64,000 nucleotides of DNA from Marsupella aquatica (Eukaryota; Plantae; Marchantiophyta), in assembly GCA_973895155.1 (NCBI GenBank), contig OZ316895.1, positions 19,730,803 through 19,794,802 on the forward strand, written 5' to 3'. A program made the position numbers and the translations under genes. Shown in pieces: positions 12,699 through 24,240 of this stretch. The number at the start of each line of letters is the position of its first letter. Position 1 is the stretch's first letter. Below the pieces are notes generated by a model. That model did no database searches and was not told the DNA's origin. It saw only the letters and a list, made by a program, of their open reading frames with translations.

Positions 12699-15600
12699 CA
12701 CCCCCCTCATCGGCTGTATACTCGGGAATAGTCGACAGTGAAACAGTGGAAGTAGAAACGGAAGGCGCTAATTGCAGACCCAGAAGAGAAACTAACTTGG
12801 CAAAACGAAGTCCAGAGAGAGGTTTGGTCAAACCATCTGCCGGCATCTCTTGAGTGGACAAATACTTAAGAACAACAGTGCCTAATTTGACATGCTCACG
12901 AATAAAATGAAAAGGAATGTCGATATGTTTGGTCCGTGAGTGATGCTCCGGATTAAGAGTGAGAGCCAAAGCAGGCTGATTATCGCCATATAACAACACT
13001 TGGTGAATGTCTGAAGAAGAACAACGTAATTCCAGAAGGAGACGTCGCAACCATAAGGCCTCTTTACATGCTAAAGAGTAAGCAATGTATTCCGCTTCGG
13101 TGGACGATGTGGCAACAACTGGCTGCTTGCGTGATTTCCAGGAGATGGGGCCGCCACCGAGTTTAAACAAATAACCGGAGGTGGACTTACGATCAGACAC
13201 GTTGTCTCCGTAGGACGAATCTGAGTATCCATGAAATCCTAAAGAATGAATTTCCAGTCCAACAAAATTGGTGCGTTTGAAGTAGAGGCCAAGAGTTGGA
13301 GTAGCCCGAAGATAAGAAAAAACGCGACGAAGTGAGCTTTCGTGCTCGGGAGCAGGGCAATGGGCGAATTGGCTAAGTCGGGAACATCTTTCAGCAATGT
13401 CTGGCCGTGTCCAGTTAGCAAGATACATTAAAGAGCCTAGCATGGCCTGATAATAGTGCTGTTGCTCAGGAGAGGGTTGGGAGCGAGCAACGGGAAACAC
13501 GTCTATGCCTGTGGAAGGAGAAGTGACAGGTAGGCAAGATTGGAGATGAAAACGTTCGAGAATTTTTTCTGTATATGCAGTCTGAGATAGATAGAGAGCA
13601 CGATGTGGTCAATCACGAATGATGGAAAGACCAAGATATTCAGATAAGTCCCCTAGATCTCTAATGGCATAACGGGAGGAGAGAAGCTGATGAATGTCTT
13701 GGATGCGAGCAGTGGTGGGAGCAATCCCAATAATGTCGTCAACCCAGAGAACGAGCAAATCCCCAGATGAATGTTGTAATACACAAGGATCGGATGGAAG
13801 AGGATGATACCCATGAGAGAGAAGAAAAGTGGTGAGTTCTTGGTACCAAAGGCGAGGAGCCTGTTTTAACCCGTAGAGTGCCCGAAGTAATAACCAGACC
13901 AAAAGATTCCCCTGAGCATCGTAAGTCTCATAGCCAGGCGGAGGGCGAACAAAAAGACGCACACCATCTTGTATTAGAGCATTGAGAAAAGCAGTGACTA
14001 TATCCCATGAATGAGCCTCCAAATCATGGATGGCAAGAAGAGCCATAAGGACACGAAAAGTCTCAGGTCTGACAACTGAGGCAAAAGTGTCGTGGTAATC
14101 TTCACCCGGACGTTGTTTATCCCCGCGTACCACAAAACGTGCCTTCTAAAGCCCGGTGCGTTTGATATTGTAAACCCATTTCGAGGGGAGAAGATGAGCT
14201 CCGGCAGGCAAAGGAACGAGTTGTGCAACATGCAGTAGATGAAGTTGATGTAGCTCAGTCTGCTCTGCTGCACGCCATTGAGCAGCTTCAGGGCGGCCCA
14301 TGGCTTCTTTATGGGAGCGAGGTAGATTGGAAACAGAAGTGGCATATAGAGCAGTACAGAAAGAGTAAAGCAGTGAGGACGGTATAGTAGACAGGAGAGT
14401 TTGTAGACGCCCGCCAGAGAAGTCACTGTCGTCAAAATGAAGAGCAGGAACCCCCCAATTTTTGCGAGCAGAACGTCGAACAAAATCCTGGTAGCCATGA
14501 TCATGCTGCACAGGAGAAGAAGCCCCAGCCATGTCTGCCTCAAGCTCATAGTTGGAATGGTGTCCTAATGGTGGTGTAATGATGATAGGAGGAGTGGTCG
14601 GATGAGTAGGAGTGAGCGGAGAAAATGGCAAAGCAGGCAATTCGGTCGGAAAAACAAGAGACATAGGGTCAAGAACGGGAGGAAGAAAAAGTGGAATGTC
14701 ACTAGAGGAAGAAGAGTTGGTAGTACGGGGAGAGTCAAAATAAACCCGCCCTTCGTCAAAAGAGACATAGGAGGAGCAAGAAATAGAATTGGTATCAGGA
14801 AACCAAATACGGTATGTCAATCCATCAGAATAGCCAACCAAAAAACCCTGGCGGGCCCTGGCAATGAATTTGGCACCACGTTGACGTTTTTCAGGGACGA
14901 TGTGGATATATGCAATACAGCCAAAAACGCGAAGATGAGAAAATTTAAATGAATAGGGAAGAGAAAAATATTGATGGAGATGAGTAGCGGGAGCTTCCTG
15001 CTGAGGATTGGAAGTAGTGGGAGAATTATTGGTCAAGAAAATAGCTGTGCGGACTGCCTCTGGCCAAAGACGTTGAGGGAGATGAGAATCAAGAAGTAGT
15101 GATCGGGCGCGTTGATTGATAACCCCAATGGATCGTTCGGCTACTCCATTTTCCTCATGATGATAAGGAGCCCTGTTGATGATCCGACAGCCTTTTTCAG
15201 CAAGAAAGTGTAGAAGAAGATTTCCACCAAATTCCAGGCCATTGTCAAGATGTATGGTTGAAATAAGAGATTGGTACTGTGCTAAAACAGCAGCAAAAAA
15301 CTGTTTAATGATGAGAAAAGCCGTCCCCTTGGAGGAGAGAAAAGAGACCCATCGATGACGTGAGTAATCGTCGGTGAAGAGGACAAAGTAGTTGGAATTC
15401 CCGAAACCAATTGGCGAGATTTTACCACAGAGATCAACATGGACCTTCTGGAATGGAGCGGTAGAGCGCTGATGAGGAACCCGACAAATAGATTTTGTAG
15501 ATTTGCTGAGAGCGCAGACTGTACACAGGGGCAAACTATTGGAACCATGGATGTCCACATGGTATTTCGCTGCAAGAGTCTTGACAGCATCGACATTGAG

Positions 15601-16995
15601 ATGAGCAAGACGACGATGCAAAAGAGATAAGTCAATCTTGGAAACAGGCAAAATATGTGCGTAGAGGTGACCATCGGTTGGTGGAACAGAAGTTTGAACC
15701 TTGAAAATACGTAAGTCCTGAGCAGAATTGATGCACGCAAATTCAATGCCAGAAGATAGGTGTACAAATTTTGAAAGTTCCCCCCGATAATGTACGCCCA
15801 GTTTCTCCAGAAGTCGCTCAGAAATAGTGTTAATGCAACTGGCCGGAGTAAAACGCACGTGATCAAGACAAATGGCATGATAAGTGCCATTAGATCTTTG
15901 TAAAGCAAGATGGACCGTTCCCCATCCCGGAGAAATCATAGGACCATTCCCAGTGTTGAGTTGTAGTGGAGATTCGTGATAGTCAGAAAAGAGATCACGA
16001 GAAGTGCAGCAGTGATGAGTGGCGCCTGAGTCAGCAATCCATAGATGAGAATCACGAGAAGCAATAGACGAATGTAGATAAGAACCGCAATGGAAAAAAT
16101 TGGTAGTAGTGAGGCCATCTGGAACAGGTGAATCTGGAACGGAGACCAAAGGGGTCAGCTGAGAAGCTGGCGAAAGAGAAGATTTATCGAGGAGACGCTG
16201 TTGAAGTGCTGGATTTGGTAGCCAGCCCCCGCGACGAAGATGAGGAAACTTGTAGAAACAACGTTCCTCCCGATGACGAGGAAGATTGCAATAGGAGCAA
16301 ATGTGCCGAGCCGGAGAGCGAGGAGTCGAGGTAGAGGACTGAACGGGAATTGCAACCTGAAGAATTGCAAGTTCAGCAGAGTCAAGAACAACTCGACTTT
16401 CTTCCCGAACTTCAAGCATAAGTGTATCCAGCGATGGCAGCTTCTTTGGATCCTGGCGGAGCTGTTCACGTTTATGAGAAGCCCAAGATGGCAAGTGGGA
16501 TTCCAAAACGTGAATAAATTGGAACACCTAGATACGATCCGGGATGTCCAACTTCAGAGAAATACAGCGATCCAAAGCAGCCTGGTACTGTGCACAGAAA
16601 TCCTCAACATCGGTGCCTTTGTAGCGCAAATTATTAAAAGAGGACCAGATATCATAGATGAATAAGCCCGCTTTGCTCATATGAAGAGGCAAGTTTGGTC
16701 CAACAGAGTTGAGCAGTGCTCACGATTTCAAGAATATCTTGAATATGAGGACGACAACTTCCAATAATTGCAGTGCGAGCAGAAGCAGCATGAGCTTTAA
16801 AAATCCGGATACGTTCAAGAAACATATAGTCCTTCTCGTCAATGTGCTTAACTGGAGAAACAGCATTGCCGTCAACGTGATCCCAAATGCCACCCGATTG
16901 GGCAACCGGCACAGATGCCGCCAACTCTTGAAATTGGGAGATCCTTCGAGTTTAGGAATAAACTGAACGTTCACGTACGACGAGGAACTCATCAT
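12682..16995 (-). pseudogene. Copia gag-pol (gag zinc knuckle, protease, integrase, RT, RNase H)
   Basis: Motifs: CSYCNLPRHREERC, WIADSGATHH, HRRLAH...CTVC, DNGLEF...ENGVAER, LYGLKQAP, WVDD, TRPDI, ADGLTK. There is a frameshift near 16920 and stops at 16652, 14146 and 13609. Confidence 0.95.
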
Positions 16996-17087
16996 AGAGA
17001 AAACTTGAACAGAAAAACGGAACAGAATGAGCAGAGAGAATAATTCTGTGACGGAATGGTTACAACATCAGATAAAGGCCCATAACC

Positions 17088-17400
17088 TATGACATGCAAT
17101 CTGGTGATACAAAAAAGAATGAACAATCCCTGCCTCAACAAAGAGGGGAAACAATATCATATAGTACCCCGAAAGGGAGGCAGTAAAACAAACCACCACT
17201 TGGCCAGCAAGAAGCCAGCGGGTGGAACAAGATGTGGAACAAGGCGCTGCAACTGAACGATCATGCTAAGATCAAAACAGGAGTCAGAGCAGGAGAAGGT
17301 CCCGCCAAACTAAACTCTGATGTGATAGCTGTACTAAACAAACTCTGATGTGATAGCAGTCAGCCGATGGAAAAGAACAGGCGTCAAGTGACTCCTAACA
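17088..17400 (-). repeat. 5' LTR (313 bp) of Copia element 1
   Basis: Near-identical to 12387-12698 and directly followed by the PBS on the minus strand. Confidence 0.95.
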
Positions 17401-19104
17401 ATACTCCATGGCTGCACACTGATTCGTGGACCAGGGTGGCATGATCAAAGACGGTCTTCTGGCCTGGGCTGCTAGCAAGAGAATGAGTGCAGCAAAGAAG
17501 GAAAGAATTGTAGACTTCTATAATCAGACTTCGACGAATGAAATTAAGGCGAAAATGAGAAACGACCCTGACCTGAATTCACACGAATCTCCAATCATCG
17601 AGGAATTATCGATATCGGATGCATTTGATGATCCGGCAGGCCCCCTCGATGAGTGGGTGCGCACAAGTGGCGCTGCAGAACCAAAGCGATCAGACTTGTG
17701 TTTTTTGCAGTTCACCTCGGGATCCACTGGAGATCCGAAGGGAGTAATGATCACACATGGAGCGCTCCTTCACAATATACTTTGCATGAAAAAGGCGTAC
17801 AGAGGCAATTCAAGCACGGTGACTATCTCCTGGCTGCCCCAGTACCATGATATGGGACTGATCGGTGCAATTTTGACCCCTTTGGTGTGTGGAAGTTGTG
17901 CGGTTCTGTTCTCGCCTCATACCTTCATTCGGAAACCCCTCATGTGGTTGGAGCTGATTGAACGCTACGAAGGCACTCACACACCTGGTCCCAACTTCGC
18001 TTTCGAGCTCGTTGTCAAACGGTACGAGAGTTTGAGATGTAAACCATCTACCGCAGGAAAGCAACACAAGAAGTATGATCTGTCATCCATCCGCTTTTTT
18101 ATGTCTGGTGCGGAGCCCATACGGGCTGGTACGTTGCAGACCTTCTCCGGTTGTTCCACAACTCTGGAATAAGAGAAAGCATGATGGCCATGGCCTACGG
18201 ACTGGCGGAAAATTGTGTTTTCGTCGCCTGTTCGTATGGAGAAAGCAAACCTCTGCTCACGGATTGGGACGGAAGAGTTTGCGTGGGGTATACTCGTCCC
18301 GGAGACCCTCATCAGGATGTGCGAATCGTCAATGTGGACACCTGCGAAGAACAGCCTGAAGGAGTGGAAGGGGAGCTCTGGGTGTGCAGCCCGAGTAATG
18401 GGGCGGGTTATTGGGGTCTAGAGGAGTTGAGCAAGAAAACTTTCGCGAACAGATTATCGAATTCGTCAGACGGGAAGAGATTTCTTCGAACGGGTGATCT
18501 CGGAAGAGTGATTAAGGGGCACATTTTCATCACTGATCGAATGAAGGACCTCGTCATCATCCAAGGCCGGAACATCTATCCTTCAGACATTGAGAGAACT
18601 CTCGAGAACTGCTCCAATGACGTCCGACCGGGTTGCTCTGCTGCATTCAGCGTACCTCTGAAAGTTCTGAAGTCGAAGGGGATCGTGCAGTACCTGAACT
18701 CGAGTGAGCAAGACGATAACCTATTCGACGCGTGCGTTGTTGTTGTGGCTGAAATTCGAGATGAAAAGAACGTCAATGCTGCTCCAGAGCTTGTCTCGAG
18801 CATTAAGTCAGCTGTGGCAAGTGAGCACGGAATCAACATTGCGTATGTAGAAATCATCAAGCCCCGCAGCATTCCCAAGACGACTTCAGGAAAAATCCGG
18901 AGACTCGAGTGCCTCAAGCGATTTTCGGAGGGGACACTTCATTCAATACAGCTCCCTGATATAAAGTCAGGATCCAAAATCCGTTCCCGTCGCAAGGTGA
19001 AAAACGATATAATGTCACGGAAAAGGGTCAGGTCCTATGAGACCTGCTCGACTTCAAACTTGCACCACATGGTTGAATCTAGGAATGCAGGCTCTCCCCC
19101 GACT

Positions 19105-19645
19105 AGAGGACATAGAGATATTCTTGATCGAGACGCTTGCAGAACGGACTAGGCTGAAGAAGGCAGAGATCAGTGTGGTTGAAAATTTCAGCAATTATGC
19201 GAATTCGGTGGTCATGACATGGGTGGCTTCAAAGCTCTCGGAGTTTTTGCATGTTCACGTACCTCCAATGCAATTGTATACTAGCAGCTCCATCTCAGAG
19301 ATTGCAGACTGGTCATTTAAAATCCTGTTCAGCAACTCGAAGGAAACCCGAGAGACGACAACAAGTTCAGGCATATCCTCTCCTCCGCATGAACGGCAAG
19401 ATAGCCAGGGACAGATGAAGAGCAGGAATGCCTTGTTAGAATTTCTTGTTGGGCTGGTGGCGACGAAGATCAGCGTATCTACTGCCAAAATTTCTGTGAA
19501 AGAAAGCTTGAGTGACTACAGCTTGACCTCCTTAGACTCGGTGTGGATGGCACAAGAAATCTCCGACTACCTCGGAGTGCACATCCCTACTCTCCAACTG
19601 TACAGTGCAAGCTGCATCGAGGAGCTTGCGGAAACCTGCTTGGCC
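19105..19645 (+). other. Two tandem acyl-carrier (phosphopantetheine-binding) domains
   Basis: EDIEIFLIETLAERT...NYANSVVMTWVASKLSEFL...LYTSSSISEIA and LLEFLVGLVATKI...DYSLTSLDSVWMAQEISDYL...LYSASCIEELA are mutually similar ACP-like units. Confidence 0.8.
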
Positions 19646-19842
19646 CTCTCACACTCCGCAGGACCGAATTTGACGGAGACCTCACATCATGCTGGCAGGC
19701 AAAGTGAGTGTGACCTATCTCCTGCGTTGACCAGCCAAGCAATCAGTGAAAATTTTGAAATCGAGCTGATATCGGACAAAGAATTGGCATCCGCTTTAGA
19801 GCCGTCCAAATTACGGCAGTTCTCATCACCGGACTGCAAGTC

Positions 19843-21560
19843 TTGGGATTGCTGTTCATAGCTGCGCAGCTTCTGATGCCGGTGGCCATGATATACGGCC
19901 GTCTTCTAAGTTTAGTTTCGGCTCAACAGTGGCGCATCCTTCGCACATTCGTCGCTGTAGCTTTGGTTCCCGCTGCGTGGATGTTGTACATCGCGGTAGT
20001 AGGATTGACAATCTGTACGATCGGATGCACAATTTTGAAACCCAACTATGCCTTGCAATCGGCCATTCCCCTGTGGTCGACGAGATATGTCCGATGGTGG
20101 AGCCTCTACCGCTTGCAGGATTTTGCCTCGAAATCCCTGGCGGTGCACTTACGTGGAACAATTTTGCTCGTGTGGTGGTACCGCCTCATGGGAGCCCAAA
20201 TTGGTGACAGCGTGCACATGGATACCACAGATATCACAGACCCATCGCTCCTCTACATCGGTAATGGCACTATCGTCGAAGAGGACGCAACACTGCAGAG
20301 CCACGACGTAAGAGATGGAGCAGTGCGTTTCGACTCAATCAGGATTGGTAGCAGATGCGTCGTTGGGCCCTTCTCCGTAATCCAGCGGGGCACGACCATG
20401 GAAGCAGGATCCAGGATTGAGACTCTCTGCAATACCCATCCGGGACAGCTTTTGCAACCGCCACGAAAATCGAATCCAGAGGTCCGTCTCAACTGACCTA
20501 AGTTGCAAATTTTTGGTGCATGATCACTGAAGTACATACTGGCATGATTGCGGTAGCGATACAATTTGTCAATGAATCACGCGCCAGAATCCGTTGTTGA
20601 CGAACAATGTGTGTGAGCCCTCACAGTCACACTTCCAGCACAGGGATTGACAGACATGAACTATAACCCTTTCCCCGTACTCTGACGGCAGGTGGCTTCG
20701 ACGAGAGGAGCTCCTTGGTCCCTCGTGCTGCTGCAGATATGTGGAGTATATCTGCAAGGACTCATCTCGACTGTCTCTGCAGTGCTGGCTTACGCAGTGT
20801 TCCAGAGCTTCGGGCCAACATTTGTGAGCACAGCAGCCGAATCCTCGAAAATTTCCAAGAAATCGAAGCTGAGGCTTGTTTACTCTTTCCTCTAGCATTG
20901 ACCTTTCCCTGGGCACTCATTATTGTGGCACCGATAACGCTCTTCTCTCGGCACGACCCTGCTCTAGTCTTCGAGATGATGGTGGGCTTGAATAGCCAGC
21001 TTCCAGCACTGCTACTGGGCTTGAGCACTTCCTTCGTCGCGTACGGCATAATTCTGGGAGCCCTCACATCCACCCTGAAGTGGTATCTCATAGGTAATCC
21101 GAGGAGTTTCACCAGTAATGGTCATCAGCGACCCGTTGACAGAATCCCATTCACCACGTTGGCAGTTCACGGACTCCTGCGATCAGCCCATCTGAAGTTC
21201 TTCGTGTTGCTCCCGGGCACCGAGGCTTTGTGCATGTATCTTCGGAGTCTTGGCGCGAACATTGGCCGCGCCGTGTCCATACGAAGAGTGAATGCACTTG
21301 TAGACCCCGAGTTTCTCAGCTTAGGAGACAACTGTCATCTGGGCGATTTCTCCAAAATCGTCACAACAAGAATCACGCATGCAACAGGAGCACTGCAAAT
21401 GATTTCAAATGTTGTTCTTGTGGGCGAAGGTTGTGTTGTGGGAGCACAAAGCGTGGTTCTTCCAGGGGTGATAATGGGCGGTGGCTCTGTCCTGGGAGCC
21501 ATGTCTGTGGCTCGAGATACGATGCTTCTGCAAGGGGGAGGCGTGTATGTGGGAGGTAGA
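19843..21560 (+). other. Two [transmembrane pair + left-handed beta-helix/hexapeptide] modules
   Basis: Hydrophobic helices are followed by WYRLMGAQIGDSVHMDT...IGSRCVVGPFSVI, and again by YLRSLGANIGRAVSI...VGEGCVVGAQSVVLPG. Confidence 0.82.
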
Positions 21561-21699
21561 GATGGCAGTGCCACTGTCATGATTTCTAGGCTGCCAACTT
21601 CAGTGGATCTGCGAATAGAAGAAATGGATAGGACTTACAGACAAATCGTGGGCAAGTTCGTGACTGATATTGCCAGGAGCACCGTCACGTCTGCTGCGA

Positions 21700-22890
21700 A
21701 TGGCAAAGGAGTTCGCTACTTCCATCAAGCTGGCGTGGCTGGCCGAGGCACTCTCCGAGTGCTGGACAATCTACAGGGTCTTCCCGGGAATCTTATCATG
21801 TGGTAATTCGTCATGGTAACGCCCTGAGTGGCGCTGACGAGAGGTGCCCTGATGTAAAAGGGGCAGCGCTGCGAATCTTGAGCCCCAATTGTTCGGAGGA
21901 TGTTGAGATCTCACTGCTGGACTTGGTAATGAAGACAGGGGAATGCTTCCATGCTCGCAACGTGCTCGATTTGATGACGTGGGAGGCCAAGTCATACAAA
22001 GCCCGAGAGGAGTATGTGCAACAGAACCCACTAGTTGGACAGAGCTTGTGGAGACAGATCAGAAAAACTGACTCGTATGCCGAGCTGCACTACTACAGCG
22101 TCCTCGCTCGGGTATTCCAGAGCAGGAGCAACTCTAAGCTCTCGGACTCTTACTCAAGTACAACCGAAGATGATTGCTTTGTAAAGTTTCGTCTCTGTCC
22201 TAATGATCGGACCAAATTTGATGGGAGTCATGGATCAGTGATTGCTTCTGGTCCCCTCCCTCCTCCTCGAGGGTATCTTCCTGCCTCTCCAGGTAATTAT
22301 GTAATCAATTCAAAAAGGCCTTGCAGAAGCATCGTATCTGGAGCCATCAATCTTGTAATGATGCTTAAGATCGACAAGAGAAGGAGAGTCCATATTCTAT
22401 TCTAATTAACAAGCCAATACAGTACGCAGAGGAGGAGTGACTAAAGTTCATGTCAAATATTTTAATAATGAAGGAATTGGATTGTTAAGTCCCCAGGTTG
22501 TTGACTCCCAATGCATTTGACTGGCAGGTGACAAGCGTTCTACAGACTTCCTACGAACGGAATTCAAGCAAAGGATGCAAAATGGGGAAGGTGCTAAGTA
22601 CATTCTGCAGCTGCAAAGGCACCGGATACCCGGGTCCACGGACGAAGTGAACCAGGTGCTGGATGCCCTAGTTGCTTGGGATGAAGAGGAGTGTCCCTTC
22701 ATCGACATCGCAGAGCTGACCTTAAACATGGAGATAGCCGAAGAAGTAGCTGAGAACATGACATTCAACTCGAGACACGGGGGCCCGAGCGTTGCCGTGG
22801 TGGCAGCCAACAGCGCTACTGACAGTGCCTCCCTCGATCATTGTCGTTCAGTTGTTTATGACATTGCCTCGACCATACGCAAGGGCTTGC
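21700..22890 (+). other. Catalase-like heme domain (catalase-related allene oxide synthase/hydroperoxide lyase type)
   Basis: Distal-His region RYFHQAGVAGRG; VIRHGN..D..PDVKGAALRI; YYS; VKFRL; proximal R-x3-Y motif RSVVY. Intron at 22293-22527. Confidence 0.8.
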
Positions 22891-23050
22891 CCCTTCCTGG
22901 CGCTTGGCGAGACCTTGTGAGAGTTGAGGACTTGGACCTGGATTCCAAAGTACCAAGTGAGAACTCAGGGCCGGCACGAGGATGCCCAGTGATGTCACCA
23001 TTTATTAAGGAACAAGATCAAACACCGAGCAGCAACATCGCATCACAGGT

Positions 23051-23706
23051 TTGAGATTAGAGATGGCCGTCATGAAAGGGGTACAATCGCTTCTGCAGGC
23101 TGCTATACCAGTGGTGCTTCTAGCTTTATCAGCTTACCCTTGTATCCTGGCCATGTCCTACATAGCCTCAAAGGCAGGTCCCGACGGGTGGATAACGATG
23201 TTCTTCATGCTTCCAGTGGCATTCGCAACCGTAGGGGTTGTGTTGGCAATGCTGAGCGTCTGTTGTAGATGGCTTCTCTTGGGACGGAGTGAAGGGGGAG
23301 CAACTACTCAGCTCTGGAGCTGGCACACTCTAAGCTTTACGATTTGGGAGGCCATCATTGAGGTGCTCAAAGGCACATTTCTAGAGCTAGCAAGGGGGAC
23401 CCTACTCTACAATGCGTTTTTGAAGTGTTGGGGGCTTCTATTGGAATCGGCGTGTATATCGACAGTCTGAATGTCCTCAACCCGGACCAGCTGCGCATCG
23501 GAGCAGGAAGCGCAGTGGGGCGCAATGCTCTCTTCTTCGGCCACCTTTAGGAGAGACAAAGGATCTTCTACAAGTCCAACACCATTGGCGAATTCTCCAC
23601 TGTTGGCACTCATGCACTCATGCTTCCTGGGTCGCAAATGCAGGACGGCAGCGAATTGGGAGCTCTTCAGTTGGGCATGAAAGACGAAGTTATTGCATAC
23701 TATTAA
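23051..23706 (+). other. Third TM + hexapeptide module, C-terminus of the megasynthase
   Basis: TM helices, then (frameshift) GASIGIGVYIDSLNVLNPDQLRIGAGSAVGRNALFFGH...GSELGALQLGMKDEV. Confidence 0.8.
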
Positions 23707-23949
23707 TGCTACCCTCGCTATCAGAATCGTCTCTACTCCACTGCCGACCAAGTCATTACAGCTATCGTTCAAGATCAGAAGTTAATAGTATCTCCCTCAT
23801 GGGAACCTTGCCGGAACTCGAGCATGGCTGGTCAGGTCTTATAGTACTGGTCTTCTAGCAGTGTGCTACTCTCACTGTCTTATAGGAGTGTGCTACTCTC
23901 ACTGTAGTGTCTAAATTGTTTGTTTAGTTGCCTTTCCCCTTCCCGGGGC

Positions 23950-24240
23950 TGGAGTCACCTGGTACTGGTTTCCCCTGTTTTTTTAGCACTTCGACCCTTG
24001 GTCCTGTGGGCTGGTGTCCCTTTTTTGGGCCCCCTGTTGCATGTTTGCTATTTGAATGAAAGCTGTGGGCTGGTGTCCCTTTTTTGGCCCCCCTTTTGTA
24101 TATTGGCTATTTGAATGAAAGAACCACACCTGGTACCAGTCTCCCCCGTCTTTTTAGCACGTCCACCTTTGGTCCTGTGGGCTGGTGTCCCTTGTTGGGG
24201 CCCCGTTTTGTATGTTGGGTATTGGAATGAAATTCATTTG
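23950..24240. repeat. Short tandem/interspersed repeats
   Basis: CTGTGGGCTGGTGTCCC(T)nGG(G)CCCC occurs three times; CACCTGGTAC...TTTTAGCAC occurs twice. Confidence 0.8.

Larger units (their letters stand above)
12387..17400 (-). mobile_element. Full-length Ty1/Copia LTR retrotransposon (degenerate)
   Basis: LTRs at 12387-12698 and 17088-17400. The 5-bp TSD ATACT lies at 12382-12386 and 17401-17405. The PBS GGTTATGGGCC (17087-17077) and PPT GATGAGGGGGGTG (next to 12699) are on the minus strand. Confidence 0.97.
11227..18960 (+). other. Fatty acyl-AMP ligase (FAAL-type adenylation) domain, interrupted by an intron and the Copia element
   Basis: Motifs: PGDRVLMLYPPGLEFIEAFFGCL, FLQFTSGSTGDPKGVMITH, SWLPQYHDMGLIG, PNFAFEL, AYGLAEN, FLRTGDLG, RMKDLVIIQGRNIYPSDIE, PKTTSGKIRR. 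Confidence 0.93.
9766..23706 (+). pseudogene. Multidomain NRPS-like lipid-modifying enzyme (FAD oxidoreductase tail - FAAL - 2xACP - TM/LbH - TM/LbH - catalase-like - TM/LbH), disrupted
   Basis: Phase-compatible exons: 9766-9954, 11227-11601, 12159-[Copia]-20481, 20692-22292, 22528-23706 (stop TAA 23704-6). There are about nine frameshifts (~9862, 17435, 18145, 19000-19090, 19830, 20885, 21790, 23050, 23430), a TAG at 23548 and an exonic LTR element. Confidence 0.9.

Noticed and set aside
9766-23706. Frameshifts as sequencing errors hiding an intact gene
   Set aside because: The exonic LTR element with a TSD and the nonsense codon are independent lesions, and neighbouring long ORFs (Helitron, Copia pol, GTPase) lack such indel density.
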